Shown in pieces: positions 61,564 to 64,000 of a stretch of DNA of 64,000 nt. Below the pieces are notes generated by a model. It was not told where the DNA came from. It saw only the letters and a program-made list of their open reading frames with translations, and did no database searches. Position 1 is the first letter of the stretch. The number at the start of each line of letters is the position of its first letter. Made by a program: the position numbers and the translations under genes. Source of the stretch: Vulcanisaeta sp. AZ3. GTDB lineage: Archaea > Thermoproteota > Thermoprotei > Thermoproteales > Thermocladiaceae. Location: contig JZWU02000002.1 in assembly GCA_000960865.2 (NCBI GenBank), forward strand, positions 1-64,000, written 5' to 3'.

Positions 61564-62970
61564 ATGGGGCTTCCTAAGGGCTTTGTTGAAGGTCTTGAGA
61601 GGATTGTTGGTCATGATAATGTCATTACAGATGAAGTTGAGTTACTAGTTTATGAGGCTGATGGTTCTCTGGCGATGACTGCTAGGCCTGACGTTGTTGT
61701 CTTCCCTGGCAGTACTGAGGAGGCTTCTAAGGTTTTGAGGCTTGCCTGGGATTATAGGGTTCCCATTGTTGGTCGTGGTTCAGGGACTAGTCTTAGTGGT
61801 GGTGCTCAGGCTGTCAATGGTGGTGTTATTGTTTCATTGAGTAGGATGAGGAGGATTTTGGATATTGATATTGATAATGAGGTTGTTACTGTTGAGGCTG
61901 GTGTTGTTAATGGTTGGATTGATGAGGCTCTTAGGAAGTATGGTTATCAATATGCCATAGATCTTGGTTATTTCTATCCTGCTGATCCTGGTAGTCAGAG
62001 GACTGCTACGATTGGTGGTAATATTGGGCATAATGCCGGTGGTGTTAAGTGCTTTAAGTATGGTGTTACTGTTAATCAGGTCAGGGGTTTGGAGGTTGTT
62101 CTCCCGAATGGGGAGGTTAGGTTCTTTGGTGGTAAGACCGTTGAGAATCCAGGTTATGATCTAGTTGGTATAACTGTGGGTTCTGAGGGAACCTTTGGAA
62201 TAGTGACTAAGGCAATACTTAGGATTGCCCCCTCCTATGAAGCTAGCAGAACGATATTGGCAGCTTTTGATTCATTGGAGAAGGTTGGGAATGCAGTGTT
62301 TAGGATAATTGGTTCTGGGATTAGGCCCGTAGCGCTTGAATTAATGGATAACCTAGCCATAAAAGCCGTGGAGTCAGGCCCATTTGCTGGCGGTCTACCT
62401 CAAGATGCCGAAGCAATACTTCTGGTGCAGGTTGAGGGTTCGCCACCAGGTGCTGAGACTGAGGCTGGGAAGGTCGTGGAGATCCTTAAGGAGGCTGGGG
62501 CTTACATGGTTAAGCAAGCCTCAAGTCCTGCTGAGGCGAATAGGTGGTGGAATGCGCGTAAGAATGCCTTTGGGGCTATGGGTTATGTAGGTCCTAATTA
62601 CTTAACTGAGGATATAACAATACCTAGGCGTAAGTTGGCTGAGGCTTTAACTACGATTAGGAATATGGGTATGAGGTATGGCTTGAGGGTTGCCTTTGTT
62701 TTTCATGCTGGTGATGGTAACTTACACCCATTAATACTCTATGATGAGAGGAAGACTGATGAGAAGAGAAGGGCGCTTGAGATGGGTGATGAAATATTCA
62801 AGGTTTGCGTTGAGATGGGTGGAACCATAACTGGTGAGCATGGGGTTGGGTATTATAAGAAGAAGTTCATGCCCTTAATATACAATGAACTTGAGCTAAA
62901 CGTAATGAAGAATGTCAAGTCTGTCTTTGATCCGCTCGGTATAATGAATCCAGGCAAGATATTCCCGTGA
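61564..62970 (+). CDS. glcD: FAD-linked glycolate/D-lactate oxidase subunit GlcD
   Basis: GSGTSLSGG, DPGS...TIGGN, GSEGT.G, HAGDGNLHP, GEHGVG, NPGK. Confidence 0.88.
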   Translation: MGLPKGFVEGLERIVGHDNVITDEVELLVYEADGSLAMTARPDVVVFPGSTEEASKVLRLAWDYRVPIVGRGSGTSLSGGAQAVNGGVIVSLSRMRRILDIDIDNEVVTVEAGVVNGWIDEALRKYGYQYAIDLGYFYPADPGSQRTATIGGNIGHNAGGVKCFKYGVTVNQVRGLEVVLPNGEVRFFGGKTVENPGYDLVGITVGSEGTFGIVTKAILRIAPSYEASRTILAAFDSLEKVGNAVFRIIGSGIRPVALELMDNLAIKAVESGPFAGGLPQDAEAILLVQVEGSPPGAETEAGKVVEILKEAGAYMVKQASSPAEANRWWNARKNAFGAMGYVGPNYLTEDITIPRRKLAEALTTIRNMGMRYGLRVAFVFHAGDGNLHPLILYDERKTDEKRRALEMGDEIFKVCVEMGGTITGEHGVGYYKKKFMPLIYNELELNVMKNVKSVFDPLGIMNPGKIFP

Positions 62971-62982
62971 GGTGGTTCCTCC

Positions 62983-64000
62983 ATGACTGTTGAAAGTCTA
63001 ATTAATAGGTTGGATGGTTTAGTCTCTAATGACACGATTGAGGAGCCTACGGACAAGTACATGGTTGATGGTATTAAGCCGAGGATTGTCCTCGTACCTA
63101 GGGATTTAGAGGAGTTGAGAACAATAATGCAATTAGTCAATGAGTATAAGGCATCCGTAATACCAACAATCAGGGGCACCAAGTTATTTATAGGCAATAT
63201 CCCTAAGTCCTATGACGCAGCCCTTGATTTAGGTAGGGTCGCAAATTACGTGAAGGCGGATCCTGAGGAAATGGTTGCTGATATAGGCGTTAGTGTGAGT
63301 TTCATGGATGCCCAGAATGAATTGACTAGGGTTGGTAGGAGGTTGCCTATGGATCCATTACTATCGAGTATATCGAGTATTGGTGGTGTCATGGCACTAA
63401 ATCTATACGGACCAATGGCCCATAGGCTATTAACCACTAGGGATCTTGTCCTAAGAGTTAGGGCTGTACTGCCTGGTGGGCATGTGGTTAAGTGGGGTAC
63501 TGGAATGATTAAGGATGTTGCAGGTTATAATCTGAAGAGGGTCTTCATAGGTTCCATGGGTACTTTGGGGGTTATTTACGAAGTTAACACTAGGCTCCTG
63601 GCAGTACCTGAGGTGGAGGCTGTGGTTTCAATTAGGGAGCCTATGGACCTTAGGTCCTTGAGGAGGTTTATGGGTATGGGTTACATAAGTATTAATGGCA
63701 TGACTTACATTAGGCTTGAAGGTGTTAAGGAGGAGGTTGAGTATAGGATTAGTTCGATTAAGGGTGAGGTTTACTATGGTAGGGAGGCCTACGAGCTTTG
63801 GTATAGGGTTACCTCGATGGATGAGCTGTTCGATAATTATCCCGTAATCCTAAAGATAATAACTCCACCTGCCCAATTAGGTAATATTATTGGCTTAATC
63901 AATGGTTATTTAGTGACATTGCCAATGCTTGGGATTGCTTATGTTGGTGTGAGTAGTATTGATGTTAAGACTATAAGTAATGTGAGGGAGGAGGCTACCA
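62983..64000 (+). CDS. glcE: GlcE-like FAD-binding subunit, truncated by the window edge (not in the ORF track)
   Basis: MTVESL...LPMDP...SIGG...KDVAGYNL..VFIGSMGTLG. Confidence 0.8.
   Translation, partial: MTVESLINRLDGLVSNDTIEEPTDKYMVDGIKPRIVLVPRDLEELRTIMQLVNEYKASVIPTIRGTKLFIGNIPKSYDAALDLGRVANYVKADPEEMVADIGVSVSFMDAQNELTRVGRRLPMDPLLSSISSIGGVMALNLYGPMAHRLLTTRDLVLRVRAVLPGGHVVKWGTGMIKDVAGYNLKRVFIGSMGTLGVIYEVNTRLLAVPEVEAVVSIREPMDLRSLRRFMGMGYISINGMTYIRLEGVKEEVEYRISSIKGEVYYGREAYELWYRVTSMDELFDNYPVILKIITPPAQLGNIIGLINGYLVTLPMLGIAYVGVSSIDVKTISNVREEAT

Overview
Archaeal chromosomal window. Gene content, AGG/GGT-rich codon usage, leaderless TATA-ATG spacing and an intron-containing tRNA point to Thermoproteales, probably Vulcanisaeta (inference). 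Housekeeping genes include rpl31e, rps24e, rps30e, spt4, kae1/cgi121, gatD, archease, tsr3, coaBC, speE, GINS-MCM and two tRNAs. Accessory blocks are a sat/aprBA/aprM-like sulfur island, a radical-SAM pair resembling GMGT-lipid enzymes, fixCX-etfBA, a molybdo-flavoenzyme and glcDE. The most striking unexplained signal is an extreme, gene-orientation-independent A+C to G+T strand-skew reversal centred inside a type IV pilin gene at about 13 kb, fading by about 25-28 kb. Features absent from the ORF track include a 35-aa Glu/Trp micro-protein, a C/D-box sRNA candidate with a tRNA D-loop guide, a decayed second coaBC copy, a tnpB/IS605 right-end relic and a second Cas4-like gene at the left edge. 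An uncharacterised nucleotidyltransferase/metallophosphoesterase/permease module is also present. Four genes carry single-base frameshifts in homopolymer runs, most likely sequencing errors. All family assignments come from motifs read by eye; no database searches were run.
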